The notes below the pieces were generated by a model. The model did no database searches, was not told the DNA's origin, and was given only the letters and a program-made list of their open reading frames with translations. Position numbers and translations under genes: made by a program. Shown here one piece after another: positions 18,815-28,014 of a DNA stretch of 64,000 bases. The stretch lies in the NCBI GenBank assembly GCA_913057715.1, contig CAJXOR010000001.1, positions 17,539-81,538 on the forward strand, given 5' to 3'. Position 1 is the stretch's first letter, and each line of letters starts with the position of its first letter. This DNA is from an uncultured Moraxellaceae bacterium. GTDB lineage: Bacteria; Pseudomonadota; Gammaproteobacteria; Pseudomonadales; Moraxellaceae.

Positions 18815-18961
18815 CTGATTAGGTGAGCTAGACAAGGCGCAGGCGGCGAGCTGCAGTTTCACGCCCCAAAGCTCACCAAAACCCCCACAACCTTTACCAG
18901 ACTCGAGGGTTTTAAGTTTTTTGATTGATTAAGCTTGAGAAAAACCACCCAATCGATCTTC

Positions 18962-19558
18962 ATGAAACTCACCGCTCAAGACAATCCGGTTTTCACCCTG
19001 CCAAATGGCGACCCGATCCGCCATACCCGTCATATCGAGGTCATCGCGCAGATCTTTGTTTTTCATGAGCCGGATCAGCAGTGGTTCGTGCTGCTTGAGC
19101 AAGACAACCACACCGGTCAGATGAACTTTCCACACGGGGATCTGTGTTGGGATGAAACCCTGCACGAGGCCATGTACCGGGTACTGTGGCTCTCAAGCGG
19201 TCTGTACCCGCCCGCGCAGCGCATGGACCCGCGCAGCTCTCACTATCATGATTTTAGTTGCGATCAGCACGGCTGCCCCGATGTTTGGAACATCTGTAGC
19301 TCCCCCAGCCAGCCCGATCAAGTGATTAGCCTGAGTTACGGAAACCTCAGTCGCTGGAGCGCCGATCATCTGCCAGCACTCTCAAGTGGCAGCACGCCTG
19401 AGCGCCGTGCGCAGTGGGTGAAGCTGTGCCAAAGTAGCGATATGCCGCTGGTGCCGCTGCACGCCAACCTGCTTGAGCTGATCAACTTTCAAAAGTCAGT
19501 GATCTTTCACATGGCTGAGCACCCTGAGGATCATGTGGGCGACACCTCGGCTTGTTAG
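18962..19558 (+). CDS. Nudix-fold paralogue with a degenerate Nudix box (probably catalytically inactive)
   Basis: It aligns with the upstream Nudix gene (IEVIAQIFVFH versus VAVVAQVFVFH), but its box reads GDLCWDETLHEAMYRVLWLSSGL, so REUxEE has become RVLWLS. The likely start is MKLTAQDN at 18962. Confidence 0.6.
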   Translation: MKLTAQDNPVFTLPNGDPIRHTRHIEVIAQIFVFHEPDQQWFVLLEQDNHTGQMNFPHGDLCWDETLHEAMYRVLWLSSGLYPPAQRMDPRSSHYHDFSCDQHGCPDVWNICSSPSQPDQVISLSYGNLSRWSADHLPALSSGSTPERRAQWVKLCQSSDMPLVPLHANLLELINFQKSVIFHMAEHPEDHVGDTSAC

Positions 19559-19620
19559 TTGTGCATGGTCCCTACCCTGCCAAATGCCTGCCCTATCTGC
19601 TCCCTCGCTAAAATCTGGCC

Positions 19621-20193
19621 ATGAGCGCATCAGTTAAGTCAGTCCTGCCGCTGAGCTGGTTTGAGCGCTCAGCAAGCTGCGTGGCACGTGATTTGATCGG
19701 GTCGTATCTGTGTAGCGCTGAGCCCGGCGTGCGGCTCCTCATCACCGAAACCGAGAGCTACCCGGGTCCTCATGAGCAAGCGACTGCGCTGCACCTAACG
19801 CGGCGGCGTCACAGCGAGCAGATGAAAAGCCGCGGCGGAGTTTGGTACGTCTATCCGGTTTACGGAGTTCACCTGATGCTGAACCTGGTAACCGGAGCCG
19901 CAGGCGAGGCGCAGTCGGTGCTGATCCGCGCAGCTTTTGATCCAGCAGCTGAAGCTCATAAGCTATGTGCGGGCCCTGCCAAGCTCAGTAACTACTTAAG
20001 CGTCAGCAAGGGATTGAGTGGTCAGCCGATCACGCCTGAATCAGGCCTGTGGATTGAGCGCGGTGAGCTGATTGGTGATAAAAGCTTGAGCATCGGCAGT
20101 CGTATCGGTATCGACTATGCCGGAGCGGACGCGGCGCTGCCGCTGCGCTTTGGACTGAAAAACCACCCCTCGCTGTCTAAAAAGTTCACTTAA
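19621..20193 (+). CDS. mpg: DNA-3-methyladenine glycosylase (Mpg/AAG family)
   Basis: ARDLIG...ITETESY...GGVWYVYPVYGVHLMLNLV...SVLIRA...GPAKLS matches the Mpg family pattern. Confidence 0.85.
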   Translation: MSASVKSVLPLSWFERSASCVARDLIGSYLCSAEPGVRLLITETESYPGPHEQATALHLTRRRHSEQMKSRGGVWYVYPVYGVHLMLNLVTGAAGEAQSVLIRAAFDPAAEAHKLCAGPAKLSNYLSVSKGLSGQPITPESGLWIERGELIGDKSLSIGSRIGIDYAGADAALPLRFGLKNHPSLSKKFT

Positions 20194-20324
20194 AGTGCGT
20201 AAGTTTTGAGTTTTGGTTTGGGCAAATCAGTGGGCATTTGACCCTAAGCTCTCTAAAAGCGCTTTAACCGCACTGTCACATAGGTGCTCTAAGGTTAGAT
20301 CAAATTCCAACCTAGAGCGATCCC

Positions 20325-22646
20325 ATGATCTTGCGATTGACCCCGATTGTTTTGAGCTTAAGCTTGTTGGCCGCTTGCGGCGGTGACTCAAGCAAACCAA
20401 CCATAGAGCCTGCAGCCAAAAACTTTAACCGCAGCGCGGTGTTTGCCGCTTGCGAGCAGATCAGCGCCACCTGTGACACCGACACAGAAACCTCAGCTGA
20501 GATCGTCGATATCACCAAAGACGGCATGACCGCGGTGTATACCGACTCACCCAGAGGCGTGATCGGTTTCACTGACTTGAGCGACCTTGAAAATCCTAAA
20601 AAACTGGGTGTGCTGGACGTGGGCGGTGAGCCGACCTCGGTTGCGGTGGTGCAAGGGGCGGCAGGTGAGTACGCGCTTGTCGGGGTGAACACGTCACAGA
20701 GCTTCACGAGTCCTTCGGGTTTCCTCTTGGTGGTCAATATCGAGACTCAGCAAGAGGTGCAGCGCTTTGATCTGGCTGGTCAGCCGGACTCGGTGGCGGT
20801 CTCTCCAGACGGAAAGTATGCGGCGATCGCAATTGAAAACGAGCGTGACGAAGACTTGGGTGACGGTCAGATCGATATCAATCCGCAAGCGCCGGCTGGC
20901 TACTTGGTGACATTTGACTTGGGCGATGCAAACCCCGCTAACTGGACGCAAACTCAAGTCAGCATGACGGGACTTGCGGATATCGCGCCAAGCGACCCTG
21001 AGCCTGAGTACGTCGCAATCAACGAGCAAAATGTCGCGGTGGTGACCTTGCAAGAAAACAACCACTTAGTGCTGGTTGATCTGGCTACTAGCACCGTGAC
21101 CGCTGACTTTAGCGCCGGTTTTGCAGACTTGGATCAAATCGACACGGATGAGGAAGGCGTGATCCGCTTCGATAGCAGCCTGTCCCAAGTCCCCCGCGAG
21201 CCAGACGGCGTGGCCTGGATCAACGACACATTGTTTGCCACCGCCGATGAGGGCGATCTAAACGGCGGTTCGCGCGGCTTTACTATCTATAACACCAGCG
21301 GAGCGGTGGTCTACACCAGCGGCAGCACGGTTGATCAAATTGCCGCAGCAGCAGGTCACTACCCTGAAGAGCGCTCTAAAAACAAAGGATCAGAGCCTGA
21401 GAACCTAACTGTCGCCACCTTCGATGGCACGCATTACTTGTTCTTAAACCTTGAGCGCGCCTCCTTAACGCTGGTATATGATCTGAGCGATCCTGCTGAG
21501 CCTAAACTGACCCAAGCGCTGCCTGCGCTGCTGGCACCTGAAGGAGTCAAAGCAGTGCCTGCGCGTAACCTGCTCGTTGTCGCAAGCGAAGCGGATGAGC
21601 GCGGAGTATCTCGCGCCGGGCTAAACCTGTATGTCTTTGGGGAAGGCGAGGCTCAGTATCCAAAGCTCGTCTCAGATGAGCGCGCTGACGGCACACCGAT
21701 TGCATTTTCTGCGCTCTCAGCACTCACAGCTGATGGCAGCGAGGCGGGTTTTTACTTCACTACCGAGGACTCGGCTTTTACTTCAAACCGGATCTTACGG
21801 ATCGATGCAAACCAAAGCCCGGCTCGTGTGGTGAGTGAGATCACCCTTAAAGACACCAACGACGTACTAGCTAGCACCGCGCTGTTCACTGGCCCGCAAA
21901 ACCAGAATCCAGAGGTCGACAACAACTTTGACGCGGAGGATCGCGCAGCGCTGATCAACGCCGATAAAACCGTGAATCTCGATCCTGAAGGCTTAGCGGT
22001 CGCCAGTGACGGCGGGTTTTGGCTAGCTAACGAGGGCAGCGGCACGATCAACGATCCAGATCGCCCGATCGAGACGCTGAACTGGATCATCAAAACCAAC
22101 TCAAGCGGCGTGATTGAGCGGGTGATCAGCTTGCCTGAAGAGGTGATTAGCCAGCAGATCCGCTTTGGCTTTGAGGGCGTGAGCGAGTCAGACGGCAAAC
22201 TGGTGGTTGCTTTCCAGCGCGCTTGGCTGGGTCAAGCCAACCCCTGGATCGGCGTGTATGATCTGACCATAGGCACATGGAGCTTTACCGACTACCCTCT
22301 TGACGCTGCTACTTCACAAAACGGTGGCTGGGTTGGCTTGTCTGACATCGCGGCTTTAGGCGCTGGCCGCTTTGCCGTGATCGAGCGTGATAATCAGATG
22401 GGCTTTGATGCCAGCATTAAGCGGATCTATGAGTTTGATCTAAACGCCTCGCTGGTAGAAGGCAGTCTTAACAAAACCCTACGGGTTGATTTGCTGGATC
22501 AGCTTCGCTCGTTTGGAGGCCTCGTGGTTGAGAAGATCGAGGGACTGGCAGTAGATGCAGCTGGTCAGTTTAAGGTGCTCAGCGACAACGACGGCGTCGA
22601 TGACAACTCCGGTGAGACGGTGTTCTTTACTGCCGAAGAGCAGTAG
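20325..22646 (+). CDS. Large secreted lipoprotein, beta-propeller type (choice-of-anchor I-like N-half, phytase-like esterase C-half)
   Basis: Lipobox LSLLAACGG. Repeated propeller-like segments are present. The domain assignment is from memory only. Confidence 0.5.
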   Translation: MILRLTPIVLSLSLLAACGGDSSKPTIEPAAKNFNRSAVFAACEQISATCDTDTETSAEIVDITKDGMTAVYTDSPRGVIGFTDLSDLENPKKLGVLDVGGEPTSVAVVQGAAGEYALVGVNTSQSFTSPSGFLLVVNIETQQEVQRFDLAGQPDSVAVSPDGKYAAIAIENERDEDLGDGQIDINPQAPAGYLVTFDLGDANPANWTQTQVSMTGLADIAPSDPEPEYVAINEQNVAVVTLQENNHLVLVDLATSTVTADFSAGFADLDQIDTDEEGVIRFDSSLSQVPREPDGVAWINDTLFATADEGDLNGGSRGFTIYNTSGAVVYTSGSTVDQIAAAAGHYPEERSKNKGSEPENLTVATFDGTHYLFLNLERASLTLVYDLSDPAEPKLTQALPALLAPEGVKAVPARNLLVVASEADERGVSRAGLNLYVFGEGEAQYPKLVSDERADGTPIAFSALSALTADGSEAGFYFTTEDSAFTSNRILRIDANQSPARVVSEITLKDTNDVLASTALFTGPQNQNPEVDNNFDAEDRAALINADKTVNLDPEGLAVASDGGFWLANEGSGTINDPDRPIETLNWIIKTNSSGVIERVISLPEEVISQQIRFGFEGVSESDGKLVVAFQRAWLGQANPWIGVYDLTIGTWSFTDYPLDAATSQNGGWVGLSDIAALGAGRFAVIERDNQMGFDASIKRIYEFDLNASLVEGSLNKTLRVDLLDQLRSFGGLVVEKIEGLAVDAAGQFKVLSDNDGVDDNSGETVFFTAEEQ

Positions 22647-22729
22647 CGCCATGAGCCAAATGTCAGTGCGGTAGCCTGCGGCTAAACGTCAAAGCTGCTG
22701 CGCTGATTTAGGCCAAATTGAGCAATTAA

Positions 22730-22754
22730 AACCCTCCACATGGAGGGTTTTTTT
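22730..22754 (+). terminator. Rho-independent terminator after the lipoprotein gene
   Basis: Hairpin CCCTCC-ACAT-GGAGGG followed by T7. Confidence 0.75.
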
Positions 22755-23005
22755 GGGTTGGATTGGAGGTTTTGATTTGTGGAAGCCCTGAGAAACGACC
22801 TGTCACAGAGCTGTCATGGATCGACAGTAATATGGTGAAAATCGAGATCAAAGCGGTTTTTTAGTCAAGTGCTTCTTAAGGCTTTGCCTAAATACTCAAT
22901 TGATCCGATCTTGATATAGAAACACTGATTAAGTTTTCAGCGACAAAACCTACAATCAGCTGAACCGATAACAATTCAATCCAACATAATTCGCATCAAT
23001 AACTT

Positions 23006-23028
23006 GCCCCCGAAAGGGGGCTTTTTTT
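23006..23028 (+). terminator. Orphan plus-strand rho-independent terminator with no upstream ORF
   Basis: Hairpin GCCCCC-GAAA-GGGGGC followed by T7. It lies 250 nt downstream of the previous terminator. Confidence 0.6.
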
Positions 23029-23119
23029 GAAGATTAATCTGAGTGGTTTAAGCGAAGTGATTTAACCGATCAGGCTGAGCTAGCCGTGGGTTAAAGAGCT
23101 TAGAATTGATCGGCGTTGA

Positions 23120-24037
23120 TCAGGCCGCCACATCCATCGATGACACTGCCTCAGCTTCAAGCTTAAGCAAGTACGCTTTGTGAATCGCGACTTGTTTGGA
23201 GTCGTCGTCCTGCCAAGGGTGAAAGGCCGGATCAAAATACTCAAGGATCGCGGGCAGCAGCATCTTCGCCATGCCGCCGGTGCGAGTGAGCTCACGCAAA
23301 CCCTTTAAGTAAACACTGGGACGGCCCAGCAGCCCGTCTGCTTTTAAAAACTCCTGAGAGTAGATCGCCGTGTAGGTGATCAGCTCGATGACAGCCGCAG
23401 GCATGGCCCTGACACGGGTGAGATAGTCCCCGCCGGTGACATTTTGCAGCAGGTCAAACGCCACTGCCTTGTGCTCAGTTTCCTCGATCCCGTGCCACAG
23501 CCACAGCGCACGCACGCTTGGGTCCAGACGGCTCAAGGTCTGCTCGGTCATGAGCCAGCGGCCAAGCACAGCGGTGATGTGCTCAAGCGCCGCAGTCGTT
23601 GCCAGTTGATCGACCGCCGACTTACGCGCTTGGATGCGCTTGATCATGTAGCGCGCAAGCTTGGTGCCACCTTTGACCGGCTGCTCGTAACCCTGAGTTT
23701 TTAAATACTTGTTGAAGTGGTCGTGCTCAAGTGAGTGCATGGCCTCTTGACCGATAAACCCGCGAATGTGCTGCTTTTGGCGCTCATCGGTGTAGTGCTC
23801 GCGAAACGCACGAACTGAGTCGACAAAAAACTGCTCGCCGTCGGGAAAGGTCAGCGACATAGCGTTCATGACGTGGGTGATCAGCGGGTTGTTGTCATAC
23901 CAGTAGCGCGGCACGTCTTCAAAGGTGAAGTTTTTGCGCACCGGTTTGATCTGGATTGCCGCGGGCGTGTCGATGTGGCGCGCTTTAAAGCGTTTGGGCG
24001 TGAGTGATTTGAGTGACTTGAGTTGGTTGGCGATCAT
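23120..24037 (-). CDS. Predicted metal-dependent hydrolase (PF10118-like)
   Basis: FEDVPRYWYDNNPLITHVMNAMSLTFPDGEQFFV...GFIGQEAMHSLEH...HGIEETEHKAVAFD is typical of this family. The gene is divergent from an AraC regulator. Confidence 0.7.
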   Translation of the reverse strand: MIANQLKSLKSLTPKRFKARHIDTPAAIQIKPVRKNFTFEDVPRYWYDNNPLITHVMNAMSLTFPDGEQFFVDSVRAFREHYTDERQKQHIRGFIGQEAMHSLEHDHFNKYLKTQGYEQPVKGGTKLARYMIKRIQARKSAVDQLATTAALEHITAVLGRWLMTEQTLSRLDPSVRALWLWHGIEETEHKAVAFDLLQNVTGGDYLTRVRAMPAAVIELITYTAIYSQEFLKADGLLGRPSVYLKGLRELTRTGGMAKMLLPAILEYFDPAFHPWQDDDSKQVAIHKAYLLKLEAEAVSSMDVAA

Positions 24038-24145
24038 GTCCGGCTCCTCATAAGTGTTTAAGCTTGGCCACTTCTCATAACCAAAATGGCCACGGATTGA
24101 CTACTGCTCTCAATTCATACTGGGTTAATCTATAGAAGTTGTCTT

Positions 24146-25249
24146 ATGAGTGAGGGACAAGTTGACATGAGTATCGGCCAAGAGCGCTTAACCGGCGTGT
24201 TTCAAGGGATACCGGCGATCTACCTGCTGCTGTTTTGTCAGGCGGTAGAGCAGCTGGGCGTGGACCCTGATTTGATCACCGAGGGGATGGAGCTAAGTGA
24301 CGATCAACTGCTCAAGCCCGGCGCCCGCATCAGCATGAGGCAGGGTTACATCGCCGCTCAGCGCGGCTCAGCGCTCGCCGGCAGTCTGGGTTTGGGTATG
24401 GTCTATGCCAAGACGCTAAAGCCCACCCTGCATGGGCCGGTCGGACTGCTCGCTATGACCAGTGAGAGCGTGGGCGCGGCACTGCACGCCTTAACTCGCT
24501 ACTTAGCCCTGCGCGCGCCTTTTTTTAAATGCGAGGTCACCGAGACTGAGTCAGAGGCCAGATTTACCTTAGAGCCGCTCTTGTCGATGGATGCGCCGAT
24601 CAAGACATTTTTGCTTGAGTCGGTGCTGGTGGCAGCGGCGAGTATGATCGATAGCTTGGTTGGCAGTGCGGCTGGCGCTGACAGCGCGGATGAGGCGCTA
24701 GGCGCTGAGCTGTCTAAGTTTAAGGTGTGCTTTGATCTACCCAAACCTGACTACTTCGAGCGCTTTGCAAGAGAGGTGAGTTTTGAGCTTGAGTACGGGG
24801 CGCCAGTTTCCCAGTTGGTGGTACCGCGCGCGCTGTTTGAGCGCGCGCCGCGTCTTAGCGATCCAGATGCGGCCAAGCTTGCCCGCCAGCAGTGTGAGCT
24901 TGAGTACATCGAGCTGTTTCCTGAGCACGAGACACTAGCCGATCAGATCGCTCGCCACTTAAGCCACTGCCAAAGCGGGGTGGCCTTGCCTGACTTAAGC
25001 GAGGTGGCGAAGCGCTTTCACTTATCGCCGCGCACCTTGAGGCGTCGCTTGAGTGAGCTGGATACCGGCTTTTCCACCTTAAGTGATCAGGAGCTGCTGA
25101 GCCGGGCGCAAAAGCTGCTGCGCCGTTCAAACTTGAGTGTGTCTGAGGTGGCCTATGAGCTGGGCTACCCCAACGTGAGTAACTTCTCCGCCAGCTTTAA
25201 GCGCTTGAGCGGAAAAACCCCCAAAGCTTACCGCGATGAGGTTGAGTAG
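24146..25249 (+). CDS. AraC-family transcriptional regulator
   Basis: C-terminal HTH: LSEVAKRFHLSPRTLRRRLSE...VSEVAYELGYPNVSNFSASFKRLSGKTPKAYR. Confidence 0.85.
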   Translation: MSEGQVDMSIGQERLTGVFQGIPAIYLLLFCQAVEQLGVDPDLITEGMELSDDQLLKPGARISMRQGYIAAQRGSALAGSLGLGMVYAKTLKPTLHGPVGLLAMTSESVGAALHALTRYLALRAPFFKCEVTETESEARFTLEPLLSMDAPIKTFLLESVLVAAASMIDSLVGSAAGADSADEALGAELSKFKVCFDLPKPDYFERFAREVSFELEYGAPVSQLVVPRALFERAPRLSDPDAAKLARQQCELEYIELFPEHETLADQIARHLSHCQSGVALPDLSEVAKRFHLSPRTLRRRLSELDTGFSTLSDQELLSRAQKLLRRSNLSVSEVAYELGYPNVSNFSASFKRLSGKTPKAYRDEVE

Positions 25250-25291
25250 AGTTTGAGTGTGGTTGCGTGAAACCCAGTAGCCTTTTGATCG

Positions 25292-25459
25292 TTATCGGGG
25301 TTTAGGCTTAAATTCTGGGTTGGATTTTGCTGCCGCCTGACAGCGCTTGGAGCAGTAAACCACCTGCTCCCAATCGCGCTCCCACTTTTTGCGCCAGCTA
25401 AAGGGTCGCTGGCACACCGGGCAGATCTTGCTGGGAAGCTTGAGTTTGCTGTGAGTCAT
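25292..25459 (-). CDS. DUF2256-type small zinc-ribbon protein
   Basis: [31 protein letters not shown]. The likely start is MTHSKLK. Confidence 0.6.
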   Translation of the reverse strand: MTHSKLKLPSKICPVCQRPFSWRKKWERDWEQVVYCSKRCQAAAKSNPEFKPKPR

Positions 25460-25559
25460 GGGCTGAGCCTTAACTTCTGGCTTGCAGAGCCACAAAAATG
25501 CCCACTAGCCAAGCTTAGGCGAGTGGGTATGATTGTGGACATTTTACTGGTTTAACTAA

Positions 25560-26711
25560 TCAAGCTGACTCGTCCATAAACGGGTAGTCGATGTAACCTG
25601 TCGCGTCGGTGGTGTAAAAGGTTTTGGGGTTAGGCTCGTTGAGCGCCGCGCCGGCTTTAAAGCGCTCGGGCAGATCGGGGTTAGCTATGTAGGGTACTCC
25701 GTAAGCGATGGCGTCTGCCTTGTCGTTTAGGATCGTATCGTTGCCTTCTTTACCGCCAAAGTCGCAGTTGAGTACCACGTTGCCGGTGTAGTGCTCAGTG
25801 AAAGCGGCAACCACGGCTTTTTGATGTTCTTGGCCCTCTGACCCTGCGATGTTGCTTCGGATCACGTGAAGATAGGCAAGATCATGATCACTTAGGGTTT
25901 TGGCTAACGTCTGCGACAAGCCCACTGGATCCTCGTCTTTCATGGAGTTAAACGCATTGATCGGGGATAAGCGCAGGCCGGTTTTGCCGCTGCCGATGGC
26001 TTGAGTGACGCCTTGGACGACTTCAAGCAAGAAGCGCATGCGGTTTTCTACGCTGCCGCCGTATTCGTCGGTGCGCTGGTTGGCACTGCTGCGCAAAAAC
26101 TGATCAATCAAGTAGCCGTTTGCGCCGTGGATCTCGACCCCGTCAAAACCGGCCTCCATGGCATTTTTGGCGGCTTGTACATAGGCTTCAACTGCGCCCT
26201 TGATCTCATCTACGGTCATGGCACGAGGTACGGTGTACTCAAGGCGACCCATAGGGGTGTGAGCGTCTCCCTCGATACGTAGCGCACTTGATGAGATAGA
26301 CTCCACTCCGTCGTTCAGCTCCGGGTGAGCGGCGCGGCCTGGGTGCCAGATCTGCATGAAGATCAAACCGCCCTCTGCATGGACGGATTCAGTGATATTT
26401 TTCCAAGCAGCGATTTGCTCTTCAGAGTAGATGCCAGGGTCAGTACCAAAAGCCGATGATTTGGGTGCCACCAAGGTGCACTCGGTGATCACAAGACCCG
26501 CGCCTGAGCGCTGGGTGTAGTAAGTGTTCATCATCTCGGTTGGTACGTGATCTTTGGTGTTGCGGCAGCGAGTCAGCGGCGCCAAAAACACGCGGTTACG
26601 CGCCGTATAGTCACCTAATTTTAACGGGTTGAACAGCGCTGCCACTTCGGGCTTGATCTGCTCGGCTGCTTCACTTGGAGTGGGGTGTGCGCTTGGGTAA
26701 TCGGTGCTCAT
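25560..26711 (-). CDS. Old Yellow Enzyme family NADH:flavin oxidoreductase (NemA-like)
   Basis: NRVFLAPLTRCR..., QIWHPGRA and GFDGVEIHGANGYLIDQFL are OYE signatures. Confidence 0.9.
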   Translation of the reverse strand: MSTDYPSAHPTPSEAAEQIKPEVAALFNPLKLGDYTARNRVFLAPLTRCRNTKDHVPTEMMNTYYTQRSGAGLVITECTLVAPKSSAFGTDPGIYSEEQIAAWKNITESVHAEGGLIFMQIWHPGRAAHPELNDGVESISSSALRIEGDAHTPMGRLEYTVPRAMTVDEIKGAVEAYVQAAKNAMEAGFDGVEIHGANGYLIDQFLRSSANQRTDEYGGSVENRMRFLLEVVQGVTQAIGSGKTGLRLSPINAFNSMKDEDPVGLSQTLAKTLSDHDLAYLHVIRSNIAGSEGQEHQKAVVAAFTEHYTGNVVLNCDFGGKEGNDTILNDKADAIAYGVPYIANPDLPERFKAGAALNEPNPKTFYTTDATGYIDYPFMDESA

Positions 26712-26911
26712 ACTGGCTGTCCTGTTGATCATTTGATCTTTAAATCTAGGACACCCACTCTACGCGTGACACGTGGCAGCATCAGCCGCTTGGCTGTAGC
26801 AGATCCGTGAGAGCGTGTTAAGAGTTGAGCGCGTTTGTGCTGAGGGTGATCACCGCGATAGGCAAAACTGATCAGCGAGCCTGAGTTTAGTCAGATTAAG
26901 GTTGTTAAAGC

Positions 26912-27730
26912 TCAGACCAGCAGTGTCCATAGCATCCCCAAACCGCTCAAAGCCATGAACCCGCCCACCAGCCCAGTAAATCGCTCGCTGCTCATGCCAA
27001 GTACCCAGCCTTTAGAAACCCACGAGCCGACGCCAGCGCCCACCCCAAAGGCCAGCCCCAACCACACCCAAGTGTCTGCCTTTACAAAAACCGCGTAGGC
27101 GCCGATCTGCGCGACACCCATCACCAAACTACAGGCGGTTTTGGTGGCGATCATCGCCTCTTTGTTGACGTCGGTTTTCACGTACAGCGGGTTCAACACC
27201 GGCCCCACCGCGCCGATCAAGGTAGAGATCACTGAAACTACCAGCCCTGCGGGGGCAAATGCCCACCTTGGCAGGCGCTGACCGGTAGCACTTTCACCGC
27301 CCTTATAGGAGCTTGATACTGACTGACCCGACTCAGAGTTAGCAGGTCGATCAGCAGATCTAAGCTGTCTAGAGCGGACATTTGACCAAATAAGCTCAAA
27401 CCCGTTGACCAGCAAAAAGATCGCCACCAAAACCTTTAGCGCGGTCTGTGAGCTACTGGCAAAAGCGAAACCGGCAATTAGCGCGCCCATACTTGCTGCC
27501 GGTGCATACCAGGCCACCACCCGCCAATCGATGAACCGCCAAAAGATCACGAGGCGCACCGGACGCGCCACCAGTGCGCCCAAGTTTAAGATCGGGGCGG
27601 CAAGGTTTGGCGCCAGCAGGCTAGCGACGGGCAGCGCCAGCATCGCGCCGCCGCCGCCAAACAGGGTGGAGGCAGCAAAGCTGATCGCGCCAAGCGCAAA
27701 GAACACCAAGATCAGTAGCTCAAAACTCAT
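26912..27730 (-). CDS. TauE/SafE family anion exporter (membrane protein)
   Basis: A polytopic hydrophobic 272-aa protein with a duplicated 4-TM organisation typical of TauE. Confidence 0.7.
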   Translation of the reverse strand: MSFELLILVFFALGAISFAASTLFGGGGAMLALPVASLLAPNLAAPILNLGALVARPVRLVIFWRFIDWRVVAWYAPAASMGALIAGFAFASSSQTALKVLVAIFLLVNGFELIWSNVRSRQLRSADRPANSESGQSVSSSYKGGESATGQRLPRWAFAPAGLVVSVISTLIGAVGPVLNPLYVKTDVNKEAMIATKTACSLVMGVAQIGAYAVFVKADTWVWLGLAFGVGAGVGSWVSKGWVLGMSSERFTGLVGGFMALSGLGMLWTLLV

Positions 27731-28014
27731 GAAACCCCATCAACTTGGCCAGATACGGATTGTTTGGCGTCCGCCGAAAACCAAGCGGGTTTGCCAATCA
27801 GGTTGCCAGATCAGTTTGCACCAAAACCTGAAAAACTGCCGCCAAGTTTTGGGTTTTTGCACCTAAGTTGGGTGTCCGCTGCACCGTCTTAAACCGTCAG
27901 TGTATCGGCTGCCAAGAGGGCTGCCGATCAGTTACTGGCAGTTCTGTGATAATCGTGACAGCCCGTTTCAAACAAGGTAGAGTCATAACAATTCAACACA
28001 AAAAAGTAACCTTC

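Noticed and set aside
22811-22827. LexA/SOS-box-like palindrome CTGTCATGGATCGACAG
   Set aside because: The spacer between CTGT and ACAG is 9 nt rather than the canonical 8. No SOS gene is adjacent, so it is probably coincidental or binds another factor.
27731-28014. Possible glycine riboswitch in the ~280-nt leader of the alanine/glycine:cation symporter
   Set aside because: I could not find the conserved glycine-aptamer elements (GGAGAG ... ACCGAAGGGGCAA type cores) on either strand. The leader remains unexplained but unrecognised.
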